Assembly: GCA_001513185.1 (NCBI GenBank)
Contig: LFST01000046.1
Location: 82,161 to 146,160 of the forward strand
DNA length: 64,000 nucleotides
From: Candidatus Fermentithermobacillaceae bacterium DTU015
GTDB taxonomy: Bacteria; Bacillota; Sulfobacillia; Fermentithermobacillales; Fermentithermobacillaceae
Reading direction: 5' to 3'
Every line of letters begins with the position of its first letter. The first letter of the stretch is position 1. Of the stretch, positions 36,100 to 45,800 are shown in pieces. A program made the position numbers and the translations under genes. Below the pieces are notes generated by a model that worked only from the letters and a program-made list of their open reading frames with translations, ran no database searches and had not been told where the DNA came from.

Positions 36100-37461
36100 G
36101 TGGCAATTGAGGTGGAAACAGTGATTACCATCATAAAAAAGATGATCGGAGGCGTGCCGGTTCCTGACAAAAAGGAACTGTCGGAGAAGGCTCCGGTAGA
36201 GTTCGCAGGGATTCCTGATGAACTCGTTCTTTTTATGTCCCATCATATAGGTGCTCCGGCTGTGCCCTTGGTCAAGCCCAAGGACACGGTCAAGCGCGGG
36301 CAGCTGATAGCTGAACCCCAGGGGTTGGTGAGCGCTGCCTTACACGCCCCTACTTCCGGAGTGGTAAAGGCTATTGAGCCGAGATTTCATCCGGTGCTAG
36401 CTTGCATGTCAGAAGCCATTGTGATTGAGCCTGACGGCAAGCATGAACCGGTTGAAGGGCTGGCTCCTAAAGCGTCTGATTTGGATAGCCTTTCAGCTGA
36501 ACAGATCAGGGCCATAGCCAGGGAAGCCGGAATTGTGGGGCTCGGAGGTGCATGTTTCCCTACGTCTGCTAAGATTACTCCGCCTGAGGACAAGCATCTG
36601 GATACTTACTTGCTCAACGGGTCTGAATGTGAGCCCTATCTTACTGCAGACCACAGGGTGATGCTGGAAGAGGCGGAAAAGGTGATCTTCGGGTTTAAGG
36701 CACTTATGAAGGCGTCAGGCGTAAGCCGCGGGATCGTGTGTATAGAGGATAACAAGCCTGATGCTATTGAAGCCATGAAGCAAGCCATGTCCGGTTACGA
36801 CGGATTGGAGCTTGCAGTGCTGACCACCCGGTATCCCAGGGGTGGAGAAAAGCAGCTCACTCAGGCTGTATTGGGCAGAGAAGTGCCTCCGCCGCCTGGC
36901 TTGCCTTACGATGTGGGTGTCTTGGTATCAAACGTAGGTACTGCCTATGCGTTGGCAGAGGCTATACTTACAGGCCTTCCGCTGGTGGAAAGAGTCGTAA
37001 CCGTTACCGGCGAAGGGGTAGCCAAGCCGTCTAACTTCAAGGCCCTTATAGGCACTCCGGTATCATACTTGATTGAAAAGGCAGGCGGGTTTGCCGGCAC
37101 TCCGGGCAAGGTGATAATGGGAGGCCCAATGATGGGCTGCGCCCTAAAGAGCCTGGATGTTCCGGTATTGAAGGGTACTACCGGAATACTGGTGCTCACT
37201 AAAGAACAAGCGGTCCAAGAGCCTATCCTTCCCTGCATCAAGTGCGGTAAATGCATTGACGCGTGCCCTCTGGGATTGCAACCCTTGTGGATTTCGGCCT
37301 ATGCCGAGCGGGGGTTCATTGAAGAAGCTGAAAGCTTCAGGGCAATGGATTGTATGGAATGCGGGTGTTGTGCTTATATCTGCCCTGCAAAAAGGCCTCT
37401 TGTGCAATTGATAAAGATGGCCAAGGCAGAAATTTCATCGAGGCGGAAGGCTCGCAGATGA
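36100..37461 (+). CDS. rnfC: Rnf complex subunit C (NADH-binding, 2x[4Fe-4S])
   Basis: RnfC_N hybrid motif (VKRGQLIAEPQGLVSAALHAPTSGVV) and CIKCGKCIDACP / CMECGCCAYICP ferredoxin motifs. Confidence 0.85.
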   Translation: MAIEVETVITIIKKMIGGVPVPDKKELSEKAPVEFAGIPDELVLFMSHHIGAPAVPLVKPKDTVKRGQLIAEPQGLVSAALHAPTSGVVKAIEPRFHPVLACMSEAIVIEPDGKHEPVEGLAPKASDLDSLSAEQIRAIAREAGIVGLGGACFPTSAKITPPEDKHLDTYLLNGSECEPYLTADHRVMLEEAEKVIFGFKALMKASGVSRGIVCIEDNKPDAIEAMKQAMSGYDGLELAVLTTRYPRGGEKQLTQAVLGREVPPPPGLPYDVGVLVSNVGTAYALAEAILTGLPLVERVVTVTGEGVAKPSNFKALIGTPVSYLIEKAGGFAGTPGKVIMGGPMMGCALKSLDVPVLKGTTGILVLTKEQAVQEPILPCIKCGKCIDACPLGLQPLWISAYAERGFIEEAESFRAMDCMECGCCAYICPAKRPLVQLIKMAKAEISSRRKARR

Positions 37462-37494
37462 GCTGGGCCTGTGTGTAGATACGGAGGTATAGAC

Positions 37495-38472
37495 ATGGGA
37501 GACAGACTACTGGTAACACCACCACCGCATGTGAAGAGTGCCAAGACGGTGCAGGGAATTATGCTGGATGTGGTAATAGCCCTCTGCCCAGCTGCGATAG
37601 CCGGCATTGTACTGTTTGGGTTCAGGGCGGCGCTGATCATACTTGCTTCAGTGGTTTCTGCGGTAGCTTCAGAAGCTATCTACCAGAGAGCGGTCAAGAA
37701 GCAAGTCACAATCAACGATTTTTCCGCGGTGATCACGGGATTGCTGTTGGCGTTGACACTCCCGCCAAATGTGCCTGTGTGGATCCCGGTCATAGGGGCT
37801 GCGTTTGCGATTGTGGTTGTGAAACAGCTTTTCGGCGGTTTGGGGAACAACTTCCTCAACCCTGCCCTGGCTGCCAGGGCGTTCTTGCTTGCCGCGTGGC
37901 CCTTGCACATGACCCAGGATTGGGTCAATCCCATGAGCTATGACGCAGCAACATCTGCAACGCCTCTTGCCGGGTTCAATGCCACGGGGCAGACTGCATT
38001 GACGTTTAAGGAAATGCTGCTTGGTCAAAGGCTCGGCTCTATTGGAGAGACTTGCATACTGGCGCTCTTGCTGGGTGGGATATACCTGCTCGCCAGGGAT
38101 GTAATAGACTACAGGACCCCCTTGGGTTACCTGGGTACCCTGGCTGTAGGCACGTGGATTTTCGGTAAGCCCGGAGAGCTTTTCCAGGGCAATCCGCTAA
38201 GCGCCATCTTCCTGGGCGGGGCCTTTATCGGTGCGTTTTTCATGGCCACCGACTACGTGACCTCACCTGTCACCCCGAGGGGCAGGTTGTACATGGGAAT
38301 AGGCTGCGGCTTGATCACCCTGGTAATTAGGCTTTGGGGCGGCTATCCTGAAGGGGTCACTTACGCGATCTTGTTCATGAATCTTGTTACGCCGCTGATT
38401 GATAAGTACGTAGTGCCGAGGTATTACGGTTCTGGCCATGACAAAATGGCCCGTAAAGGCGGCGGGAGGTGA
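37495..38472 (+). CDS. rnfD: Rnf complex subunit D
   Basis: Polytopic NqrB/RnfD-like sequence. The start was taken at the ATG with an ACGGAGG RBS. Confidence 0.85.
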   Translation: MGDRLLVTPPPHVKSAKTVQGIMLDVVIALCPAAIAGIVLFGFRAALIILASVVSAVASEAIYQRAVKKQVTINDFSAVITGLLLALTLPPNVPVWIPVIGAAFAIVVVKQLFGGLGNNFLNPALAARAFLLAAWPLHMTQDWVNPMSYDAATSATPLAGFNATGQTALTFKEMLLGQRLGSIGETCILALLLGGIYLLARDVIDYRTPLGYLGTLAVGTWIFGKPGELFQGNPLSAIFLGGAFIGAFFMATDYVTSPVTPRGRLYMGIGCGLITLVIRLWGGYPEGVTYAILFMNLVTPLIDKYVVPRYYGSGHDKMARKGGGR

Positions 38473-38478
38473 AACCAG

Positions 38479-39126
38479 ATGAACGAAAAGCGAGCATCTC
38501 TCGGTTATGACTTTATCAAGGGATTCATAAAGGAAAATCCGACGTTTGCCCTGGCGGTAGGCATGTGTCCTACTCTGGCGGTTACAACGTCTTTGGTTAA
38601 CGGGTTTTGGATGGGTATTGCGGTAATCTTTGTGCTTACCTTTTCCAACGTGTTTGTGTCTTTGTTGCGGAAAGTCATCCCTGATGAAATCCGCGTGCCC
38701 ATCTTTATCATTTTGATTGCAACTCCCGTTGTGATAGTGGAATTGGTGATGAAGGCGTACATGCCTGCGATGTATAACATCTTGGGCATTTTCGTACCGC
38801 TCATAGTGGTTAACTGTATAATTTTGCATCGGGCAGAGTCTTTCGCGCATAAGAACCCGATATTGAACTCGGTAATGGATGCCCTGGGATCAGGGATGGC
38901 TTTTACCCTTAACCTGATGGTTATCGGCGCTATACGGGAATTCCTGGGGACTGGCCAGCTTGCCATTGGAAGCCTTGTATTTCCCAAAGCTCCCTTGTTT
39001 GAGCCTGCAGTAGTGATGCTTACGCCTCCTGGCGGGTTCATAACGCTGGGAGTGCTGATGGCTTTGCTCAACATCGTTGTAGCCCGGGCAGGCAAGCGCA
39101 AGCAAACCGAGTCCCCCAGGGGTTAA
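38479..39126 (+). CDS. rnfE: Rnf complex subunit E
   Basis: ALAVGMCPTLAVTTS motif of RnfE/NqrD. It is 6 nt after rnfD, so there is no room for rnfG. Confidence 0.85.
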   Translation: MNEKRASLGYDFIKGFIKENPTFALAVGMCPTLAVTTSLVNGFWMGIAVIFVLTFSNVFVSLLRKVIPDEIRVPIFIILIATPVVIVELVMKAYMPAMYNILGIFVPLIVVNCIILHRAESFAHKNPILNSVMDALGSGMAFTLNLMVIGAIREFLGTGQLAIGSLVFPKAPLFEPAVVMLTPPGGFITLGVLMALLNIVVARAGKRKQTESPRG

Positions 39127-39153
39127 GGCGGCAGCCGGAAGGAGTGAATATGC

Positions 39154-39741
39154 ATGGAAGTGCTGGGTATAATTCTGGCAGGCGTGCTAATAAATAACTT
39201 TGTCTTTATGCAGTATCTGGGGATATGCCCGTTCTTGGGGGTTTCAAAAAACCTGGATATGGCTACAGGTATGTCAGGCGCAGTGATTTTTGTCATGACC
39301 CTTGCCTCAGCGGTGACCGCTGTGCTTGAACAGTACGTGCTGAAACCTATGGAACTGGAATACTTGCGGACGATTGCATATATCCTGGTGATTGCTTCGT
39401 TCGTGCAATTGGTGGAAATATTCATGAAGAAGACCTTACCAGGCTTGTATCAGGCCTTGGGAATATATCTTCCCCTTATTACCACCAACTGCGCCGTGTT
39501 GGGTGCTGCTATGCTTAATGTCACCAAATCATACGGGGTGGCGTTGAGTACCCTTAATGGATTCGCAGGAGCCCTTGGTTGGAGTCTTGCGATAATAATC
39601 TTCGCGGGGATACGTGAAAGGTGGAAGCTCATGGATATTCCTGCCACTCTGGACGGCTTCCCGCTTGCCCTGATCTCAACCGGGCTCATGTCCCTTGCGT
39701 TCCTGGGTTTTTCAGGGCTGTTTAGCAACTTGGTAAAGTAG
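39154..39741 (+). CDS. rnfA: Rnf complex subunit A
   Basis: NNFVFMQYLGICPFLGVS motif of RnfA/NqrE. Confidence 0.85.
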   Translation: MEVLGIILAGVLINNFVFMQYLGICPFLGVSKNLDMATGMSGAVIFVMTLASAVTAVLEQYVLKPMELEYLRTIAYILVIASFVQLVEIFMKKTLPGLYQALGIYLPLITTNCAVLGAAMLNVTKSYGVALSTLNGFAGALGWSLAIIIFAGIRERWKLMDIPATLDGFPLALISTGLMSLAFLGFSGLFSNLVK

Positions 39742-39753
39742 GGAGGGAGCGAG

Positions 39754-40566
39754 ATGTTGTCTGCGGTTTTGACATTGGGCATAGCGGGGCTTGTGTTTGG
39801 AGGCTTCCTGGCTTTGGCCGCCCAGAGGTTTAAGGTAGAAGAAGATCCCAGAGTGGCTGAAATCCTTGCGGCGCTACCCGGAGCCAACTGCGGGGCGTGC
39901 GGTTTCCCCGGATGCGCGGGTTTGGCTGAGGCGGTAGCCAGGGGCGAAGCTCCCTGCAACGCCTGCATACCAGGGGGAGACGCAGTTGCAGAGAAGCTGG
40001 CTTCTATCATGGGTATGGCCTGCGAAGCGGTTGAGCCCATGAAGGCCGTAGTATATTGCCAGGGGGACAATGATCGTGCCCAGATAGCGGCAGAGTACCA
40101 TGGGGTCGAAGACTGTCATGCCCTGCACCAGCTAGGCGGCTCAAAGACATGCCCTTATGGGTGCCTTGGGCTTGGAACCTGCGTGAGGGCGTGTCCTTTT
40201 GACGCCATGTATATGGCGCCCAACGGGTTGCCCGTTGTTATCGAGGAAAAGTGCACCGGCTGCGGGGCATGTGTAAGGGCGTGCCCTCGGGACGTGATCG
40301 ACTTGGTACCTGCCGACAAACAGGTGCACATCCTTTGCAAGTCCTACGACAAAGGGGCTCAGGTCCGGAAGTATTGCCAGGTAGGCTGCATTGCATGCCG
40401 TATCTGCGTCAGGGCATGTCCCCAGAAGGCGATATCTATGGATAAGGACACTTTGGCAGTGATCGATTACTCCCTGTGCGACAATTGTGGGATTTGCGCC
40501 ACCAAGTGTCCAATGAAGACTATAGTAGACAGGCAACAACCAAAGGAAGACAAACAAGCTTCTTAG
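39754..40566 (+). CDS. rnfB: Rnf complex subunit B (polyferredoxin)
   Basis: N-terminal TM helix and the CGACGFPGCAG motif, followed by several CxxCxxCxxxCP ferredoxin motifs. Confidence 0.85.
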   Translation: MLSAVLTLGIAGLVFGGFLALAAQRFKVEEDPRVAEILAALPGANCGACGFPGCAGLAEAVARGEAPCNACIPGGDAVAEKLASIMGMACEAVEPMKAVVYCQGDNDRAQIAAEYHGVEDCHALHQLGGSKTCPYGCLGLGTCVRACPFDAMYMAPNGLPVVIEEKCTGCGACVRACPRDVIDLVPADKQVHILCKSYDKGAQVRKYCQVGCIACRICVRACPQKAISMDKDTLAVIDYSLCDNCGICATKCPMKTIVDRQQPKEDKQAS

Positions 40567-40635
40567 GAGCTTGCCTTGTCCTGGGCTGTGCCAATCTATA
40601 CCCTCTAAAGGGATTTGGTGCCTAGGAGGTAAGAC

Positions 40636-41679
40636 GTGTCAAAGCAGGGTGACAGACGAAATAGCAGCGCTGCCTGGAATAAGCGGATCCTCTTCAGGCT
40701 TGTTCCGGCGGTGCTGCTTTTTGCTTTGAGCGGCTGTTGGCTTATTGGTGGCACGGGCGAACCTGTTGAAAAGCAGGTGTTCGACATAATGGATACAGAT
40801 GTGAGCGTGAGAGCCTACGGCCCCAATGCTGAACAAGCCATTGAACAGGCAATAGATGAAATCAGGCGGCTTGATTTGCTGCTCAGCGCGTATAACCCTG
40901 ATTCTGAAGTGTCGGCGATAAACCAGATGGCAGGGGAAGCCCCCGTCAAGGTATCACACGATACCCTGGAGGTGATCGCAAGAGCCCTCTACTTCGCCGA
41001 GATTTCCGGAGGCGTGTTTGATCCCACTATCTTGCCTGTTTCCAGGCTGTGGTCTGCAGCCCGGGAACAAAAGCAGGTGCCCTCCGGGGAAGATATAGCA
41101 GCTGCCCTCGAGTTGGTAGATTACACCCAGGTGCAGATCGATATGGATGAAGCTACTGTGTTTCTCCCTAAGACAGGGATGGGCCTGGACCTGGGTGCCA
41201 TAGCCAAGGGATATGCTGTCGACAAGATGGCCCAGATACTCAGAGACGCAGGCGTGGAATCATTCCTCATCAATGCCGGAGGGAATGTTTATGCAGGGGG
41301 CAGGAAGCCCGACGGTTCCCTGTGGCGGGTGGGGGTCACTGATCCCAGGGACCCTGGGGATATCATCGGTGTGATGGCTGCAGAAGACATGTCGGTGGTA
41401 AGTTCAGGCGATTACAGGAGGTATTTTGTAGCAGACGGCATCAGGTACCACCATATCATAGATCCCAGGACAGGGTATCCTGCCAGCATCTGCCGCGGAA
41501 CCACGGTATTTATCCCTTCGTCTACAGATGCAGACGCCCTATCCACCATTATGTTTATACTCGGGCCCGATGACGGCCAGGCCGTCTTGGAGCACTTCCC
41601 CGGTGCGGGAGTTATCTACGTCACCCAAGACGGGAGCATTGTCACCGAAGGGCTTGTTGACGGGTTTGAGTTCAAATAG
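40636..41679 (+). CDS. apbE: FAD:protein FMN transferase ApbE (lipoprotein)
   Basis: Lipobox LSGC and ApbE-family core (DIMDTDVSV, GxGLDLGAIAKGYAVD). GTG start with an AGGAGG RBS. Confidence 0.8.
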   Translation: MSKQGDRRNSSAAWNKRILFRLVPAVLLFALSGCWLIGGTGEPVEKQVFDIMDTDVSVRAYGPNAEQAIEQAIDEIRRLDLLLSAYNPDSEVSAINQMAGEAPVKVSHDTLEVIARALYFAEISGGVFDPTILPVSRLWSAAREQKQVPSGEDIAAALELVDYTQVQIDMDEATVFLPKTGMGLDLGAIAKGYAVDKMAQILRDAGVESFLINAGGNVYAGGRKPDGSLWRVGVTDPRDPGDIIGVMAAEDMSVVSSGDYRRYFVADGIRYHHIIDPRTGYPASICRGTTVFIPSSTDADALSTIMFILGPDDGQAVLEHFPGAGVIYVTQDGSIVTEGLVDGFEFK

Positions 41680-41734
41680 TATTGCAGGTAAGATAGATTT
41701 TGTAGAGTTTGAGCGGGTATAAGTTGGGAGGAAT

Positions 41735-41986
41735 ATGGCCATGAGGAGACAGTCCCGCACCTGGGTGTTGTTTATAGCCTTACTTGCCGGGGCAATCGTA
41801 GGCAGCGTTATAGGCGAGGTGCTTTCAGATGTGGCACCTATTCTGTCCAGGGGGTTTTCCATAGGGTTGCAACCGCCTTTCCATCTGGACCTCAATGTGG
41901 TTTCACTCACCTTCGGGTTTAACATCCGTCTCAACCTGGCAGGGGCAATACTTGTGCTGTTGCTGGTACTGATGCTTGGCAGGTGA
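41735..41986 (+). CDS. Small membrane protein (DUF4321-like, two TM helices)
   Basis: 83 aa with two hydrophobic helices, immediately upstream of maf. Confidence 0.45.
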   Translation: MAMRRQSRTWVLFIALLAGAIVGSVIGEVLSDVAPILSRGFSIGLQPPFHLDLNVVSLTFGFNIRLNLAGAILVLLLVLMLGR

Positions 41987-42582
41987 ACTATTTGAGGTTA
42001 GTGCTTGCATCCCGGTCTCCCCGGAGGAAGGCCCTGCTGGAAGCTATAGGGATTGAGCCGCTGGTGGTGCCCTCTAAGTTCGATGAATCCCGGTTTGACC
42101 CAAGCGATATGAGTCCCCGGGAGCTGGCCATGGCCTTGGCCAGGGGGAAGACGGCTGCAGTAGCCCGGGAATACCCGGACGATGTGGTGCTGGGCGCCGA
42201 TACCATCGTGGTGCTGGACGGAAAGATGCTGGGCAAGCCTGCGACCCCCACTGAAGCTGCACAAATGCTGGAGCACCTTTCAGGAAACACCCATGAGGTT
42301 TACACCGGCATTGCACTCTATGAGCCCAAATCAGGGCAGGTGTTTTGCGATGTGGCCCGCACTCTTGTGACCATGCGACACATGGAGCCCCATGAGATCG
42401 AATGGTATGTGGGTACCGGCGAGCCCATGGACAAGGCCGGCGGCTATGGAATCCAAGGCAAGGCTGCCTTGTTTGTCACCGGCATAAATGGGGATTATAC
42501 TGGTGTAATAGGGCTGCCATTATCGAAATTTTATGAGATACTTAAGAGGGCCGGACTCTTGATTACAAACTTTTTGGTTTAG
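41983..42582 (+). CDS. maf: Nucleoside triphosphate pyrophosphatase Maf
   Basis: LVLASRSPRRKALL and the GADTIVVLDG motifs. Alternative start TTG at 41992. Confidence 0.85.
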   Translation: MNYLRLVLASRSPRRKALLEAIGIEPLVVPSKFDESRFDPSDMSPRELAMALARGKTAAVAREYPDDVVLGADTIVVLDGKMLGKPATPTEAAQMLEHLSGNTHEVYTGIALYEPKSGQVFCDVARTLVTMRHMEPHEIEWYVGTGEPMDKAGGYGIQGKAALFVTGINGDYTGVIGLPLSKFYEILKRAGLLITNFLV

Positions 42583-42668
42583 TGTATATTGAAAGATACA
42601 TAAGATATCATGTTTGGGGTTGGCTGCGAAGGGGAATATAGAAGGAGGTAGTCATAACCCTGAACAGA

Positions 42669-43376
42669 TTGACTATAAAGGATTGGCCCGAGCATGAGAA
42701 GCCCAGGGAGAGACTGTTCAGAGTGGGGGCTCAGGCTCTGTCCGATGCTGAACTGCTTGCGATCTTGCTGGGCACTGGGAATAAGACGGATACAGCGCTC
42801 GATCTAGCCAAGCAGTTGTTACATTGGGGTGAGGCAAACTACGGTCCCGGGCTTGGTTTCCTGAAAGAAGCTTCTAAGCAAGAACTTATGTGCCTATCAG
42901 GAATTGGTATGGCCAAAGCCGCCAGACTCAAAGCGTGCGTTGAGATTCACAGGCGGTTGCAGCAGTCAGGACAGCATCTTATGCCGCGGATTGAAATAAG
43001 CTGCGGGCGCGACGTGTACGAGCTGTTGAAGGCCGACATGGAGCAACTGGACAGGGAGCAAGTCTGGATCCTGATGCTCAATGTGAGAAATCACCTCATC
43101 CACCGGGAAGTAATATCTGTCGGGAGTCTGGACACGTCGATCGTACATCCGAGAGAAATATTCAAGAATTGCATAAAGCGGAGCGCGGCTGCCGTTATTA
43201 TTGCCCATAACCATCCCAGCGGTGATGCGGCACCGAGCGACGACGATATAAGGATGACAAAAAGAATAATTGAAGCAGGGAAAATCGTGGGGATTACCGT
43301 GTTGGACCATGTGATCATAGGGCGTGGTGAGTACATCAGCCTGAGAGAGTCTTTTGCAGGGTGGTTTACTTGGTAA
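42669..43376 (+). CDS. radC: RadC-family JAMM protein
   Basis: IKDWPEHEKPRERL, HhH, and the JAMM motif HNHPSGDAAPSDDD. TTG start. Confidence 0.85.
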   Translation: MTIKDWPEHEKPRERLFRVGAQALSDAELLAILLGTGNKTDTALDLAKQLLHWGEANYGPGLGFLKEASKQELMCLSGIGMAKAARLKACVEIHRRLQQSGQHLMPRIEISCGRDVYELLKADMEQLDREQVWILMLNVRNHLIHREVISVGSLDTSIVHPREIFKNCIKRSAAAVIIAHNHPSGDAAPSDDDIRMTKRIIEAGKIVGITVLDHVIIGRGEYISLRESFAGWFTW

Positions 43377-43414
43377 GTCCTGACGGTTTGTAACTTAGAG
43401 GGGAGTGGCAGAAG

Positions 43415-44440
43415 GTGCAATGGCTTTTCAACTATATTACCAGGGATATTGCCATAGATCTGGGGACCGCTAACACCTTGGTACATCTCAGGGGCAAGGG
43501 TATTGTGCTGGTTGAACCCTCGGTGGTTGCCATCCATGCAGAGACCAAGGAACTGCTCGCCGTCGGCACTGAGGCAAAGCAGATGATCGGACGGACCCCT
43601 GGTAATATAATCGCTATCAGGCCTATGAAAGACGGAGTTATCGCCGATTTTGACGTAACCCAGACCATGATGCACCACTTCATCAGGAAGGCTTACCGGC
43701 GTGGGCTGCTCAAGCCCAGGGTTATCGTGGCCGTTCCGTCGGGCTGCACTGAAGTCGAAAGAAGGGCCGTGTTGGATGCGGTGCTCAGGGCAGGCGCCAG
43801 GGAAGCTTATACCATCGAAGAGCCCATGGCTGCAGCTATCGGTGCAGGGCTGCCCGTGGATGAACCTACAGGCAACATGATTGTGGACATCGGCGGCGGA
43901 ACAAGCGAAGTGGCTGTGATCTCCCTGGAAGGGATCGTAGCTTCCAGGTCAATCAGGGTAGGCGGGGACGAAATGGATGAAGCGGTGGTCAACTACGTAA
44001 AACGCGCTTACAACCTGCTCATAGGCGAACGCACCGCTGAGGAAGTAAAAACCACCATTGGATCTGCCTACGAGCTTGAGCAAGAACAGACCATGGAAAT
44101 CAGAGGCCGGGATCTGGTCACAGGCCTGCCCAGGACCATCAGCGTCGACTCACGGGAAATACGGAAAGCCCTGTCTGAGCCGGTGAACGCTATTTTAGAA
44201 GCTGTTAAAGAAACCCTCGAGAGCACTCCCCCTGAACTTGCTGCGGATATTATGGATCGGGGAATCGTCATGACAGGCGGCGGGTCAATGCTCAAAGGGC
44301 TGGATAAGCTCATCAGCCAGGAAACGGGCATGCCTGTCCATACAGTGGACGAGCCGATGTACGCAGTGGTAAGAGGGGCTGGAAAAGCCTTGGAAGAGAT
44401 TGATACTCTGAGAAAAGTGCTGGCTTCTTCCAAGCGTTGA
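43415..44440 (+). CDS. mreB: Rod shape-determining actin homolog MreB
   Basis: [13 protein letters not shown] and the [13 protein letters not shown] actin-fold phosphate motifs. Confidence 0.9.
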   Translation: MQWLFNYITRDIAIDLGTANTLVHLRGKGIVLVEPSVVAIHAETKELLAVGTEAKQMIGRTPGNIIAIRPMKDGVIADFDVTQTMMHHFIRKAYRRGLLKPRVIVAVPSGCTEVERRAVLDAVLRAGAREAYTIEEPMAAAIGAGLPVDEPTGNMIVDIGGGTSEVAVISLEGIVASRSIRVGGDEMDEAVVNYVKRAYNLLIGERTAEEVKTTIGSAYELEQEQTMEIRGRDLVTGLPRTISVDSREIRKALSEPVNAILEAVKETLESTPPELAADIMDRGIVMTGGGSMLKGLDKLISQETGMPVHTVDEPMYAVVRGAGKALEEIDTLRKVLASSKR

Positions 44441-44460
44441 AAGAGGAAGGATGACTTTCT

Positions 44461-45273
44461 TTGAGGCGGCTGTTTCCGTATAAGAAGCTCATAACCCTTA
44501 TACTTCTTGTAGCCGCCTCAGTATTTTTGATGAACATTACCGGGAGTTCCGGGGACAACCCCTCCTTATGGGAAAAACTCTTGTGGAAAGGGATGCAGCC
44601 GTTTCTTGGAGGTTTCCTGGCCGTCAAGCACAAGTTTGACGAGTACAGCGTATTGTTCCAGCAAAAAGAAGCCCTCTTGGAAGAAAACCGGGAGCTCAAG
44701 AGCCGGTTAGATTCGCTTGAGTCCCTGCTTATCCGCCTTAAGGAGATTGAAACCGAAAACCAGCGGCTCAAGGAACTCCTGGGATTCAGGGAACAGCTTG
44801 AGCAGGAGTACAAGGCAGCCGATGTCATAGGGCGGAGCCCGAGCAAATGGTTTTCAACCATAACCATTTCTCTTGGCAGCGAAGACGGCGTAACGGTGGA
44901 TGCGCCTGTGATTTCAAGGAAGGGGCTGGTGGGCAGGGTGCTAAAGCTTGATGCCCGCAGCGCCCAGGTGTTGTTGCTCACTGACCCGGAAAGCGGGGTA
45001 GGGGCCCTGATATCAAGGTCCAGGGACTACGGGGTGGTAGTCGGAGGGAGCGGCCCGGACACTCTGGTAATGCGGTTCTTTTCCAAGGATGCTGATGTCC
45101 GTCCTGGGGATCAGGTGCTTACTTCAGGTGTGGGGAGCGTGTATCCGGAAGGATTGGTTATAGGGGAGGTTGCCGAGGTTTACGTGCCCCAACCGGGACT
45201 GGTGAAAGAGTGTTACGTAAAGCCTGCGGTTGATTTCGCACACCTGGAAGAAGTGCTAGTGATGATCAGATGA
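44461..45273 (+). CDS. mreC: Rod shape-determining protein MreC
   Basis: N-terminal TM, coiled-coil (LKSRLDSLESLLIRLKEIETENQRLKELL) and beta domain. Follows mreB. Confidence 0.8.
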   Translation: MRRLFPYKKLITLILLVAASVFLMNITGSSGDNPSLWEKLLWKGMQPFLGGFLAVKHKFDEYSVLFQQKEALLEENRELKSRLDSLESLLIRLKEIETENQRLKELLGFREQLEQEYKAADVIGRSPSKWFSTITISLGSEDGVTVDAPVISRKGLVGRVLKLDARSAQVLLLTDPESGVGALISRSRDYGVVVGGSGPDTLVMRFFSKDADVRPGDQVLTSGVGSVYPEGLVIGEVAEVYVPQPGLVKECYVKPAVDFAHLEEVLVMIR

Positions 45274-45794
45274 ACGGTAAGAGGCTGAGTTTCTTTATCG
45301 CATATGCATTGCTTACGCCGCTAATGCTGCTGGCCCAGTACGTCTACCTGGGAAGTACCACCGGATTGGACTTAGGCGCCGTACTGGCATGTTCTGCCGG
45401 GTGGCTGGTTCCTGTGCCGGCCAGCTGGTTAGCCGGCTTTGGCATAGGGCTCATCCAAGATGTATTTGTAGGGCGGACTCTTGGGTTTTGTGCTTTGTCG
45501 CTATCGTTGGTTGCCATGGTAACATCGTGGGTCCGGCGATTCCTCAATCCGCGGATGCCGTTTGCAGCCAGCATCGCGGCAATGGTCTCCACAGGTATCG
45601 GGGATTGCGTGTCTTACGCTGTGTTGCGGCTAAGCAAGACCCAGCTTGCTTGGGAGTTTTTCCTCAGAGGGATATTGCCCTATAGCTTGATATGGGCGTT
45701 TGCACTGATAATCCCTGTCAACCTTATGGTCAACGGACTGTCGGGGATTATAGCCATGATATGGCCGGACAACAGGGAAAAGGGGTCGGTATAA
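45270..45794 (+). CDS. mreD: Rod shape-determining protein MreD
   Basis: Small polytopic membrane protein with an ATGA overlap with mreC, at the conserved position. Confidence 0.65.
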   Translation: MNGKRLSFFIAYALLTPLMLLAQYVYLGSTTGLDLGAVLACSAGWLVPVPASWLAGFGIGLIQDVFVGRTLGFCALSLSLVAMVTSWVRRFLNPRMPFAASIAAMVSTGIGDCVSYAVLRLSKTQLAWEFFLRGILPYSLIWAFALIIPVNLMVNGLSGIIAMIWPDNREKGSV

Positions 45795-45800
45795 CCAGCC

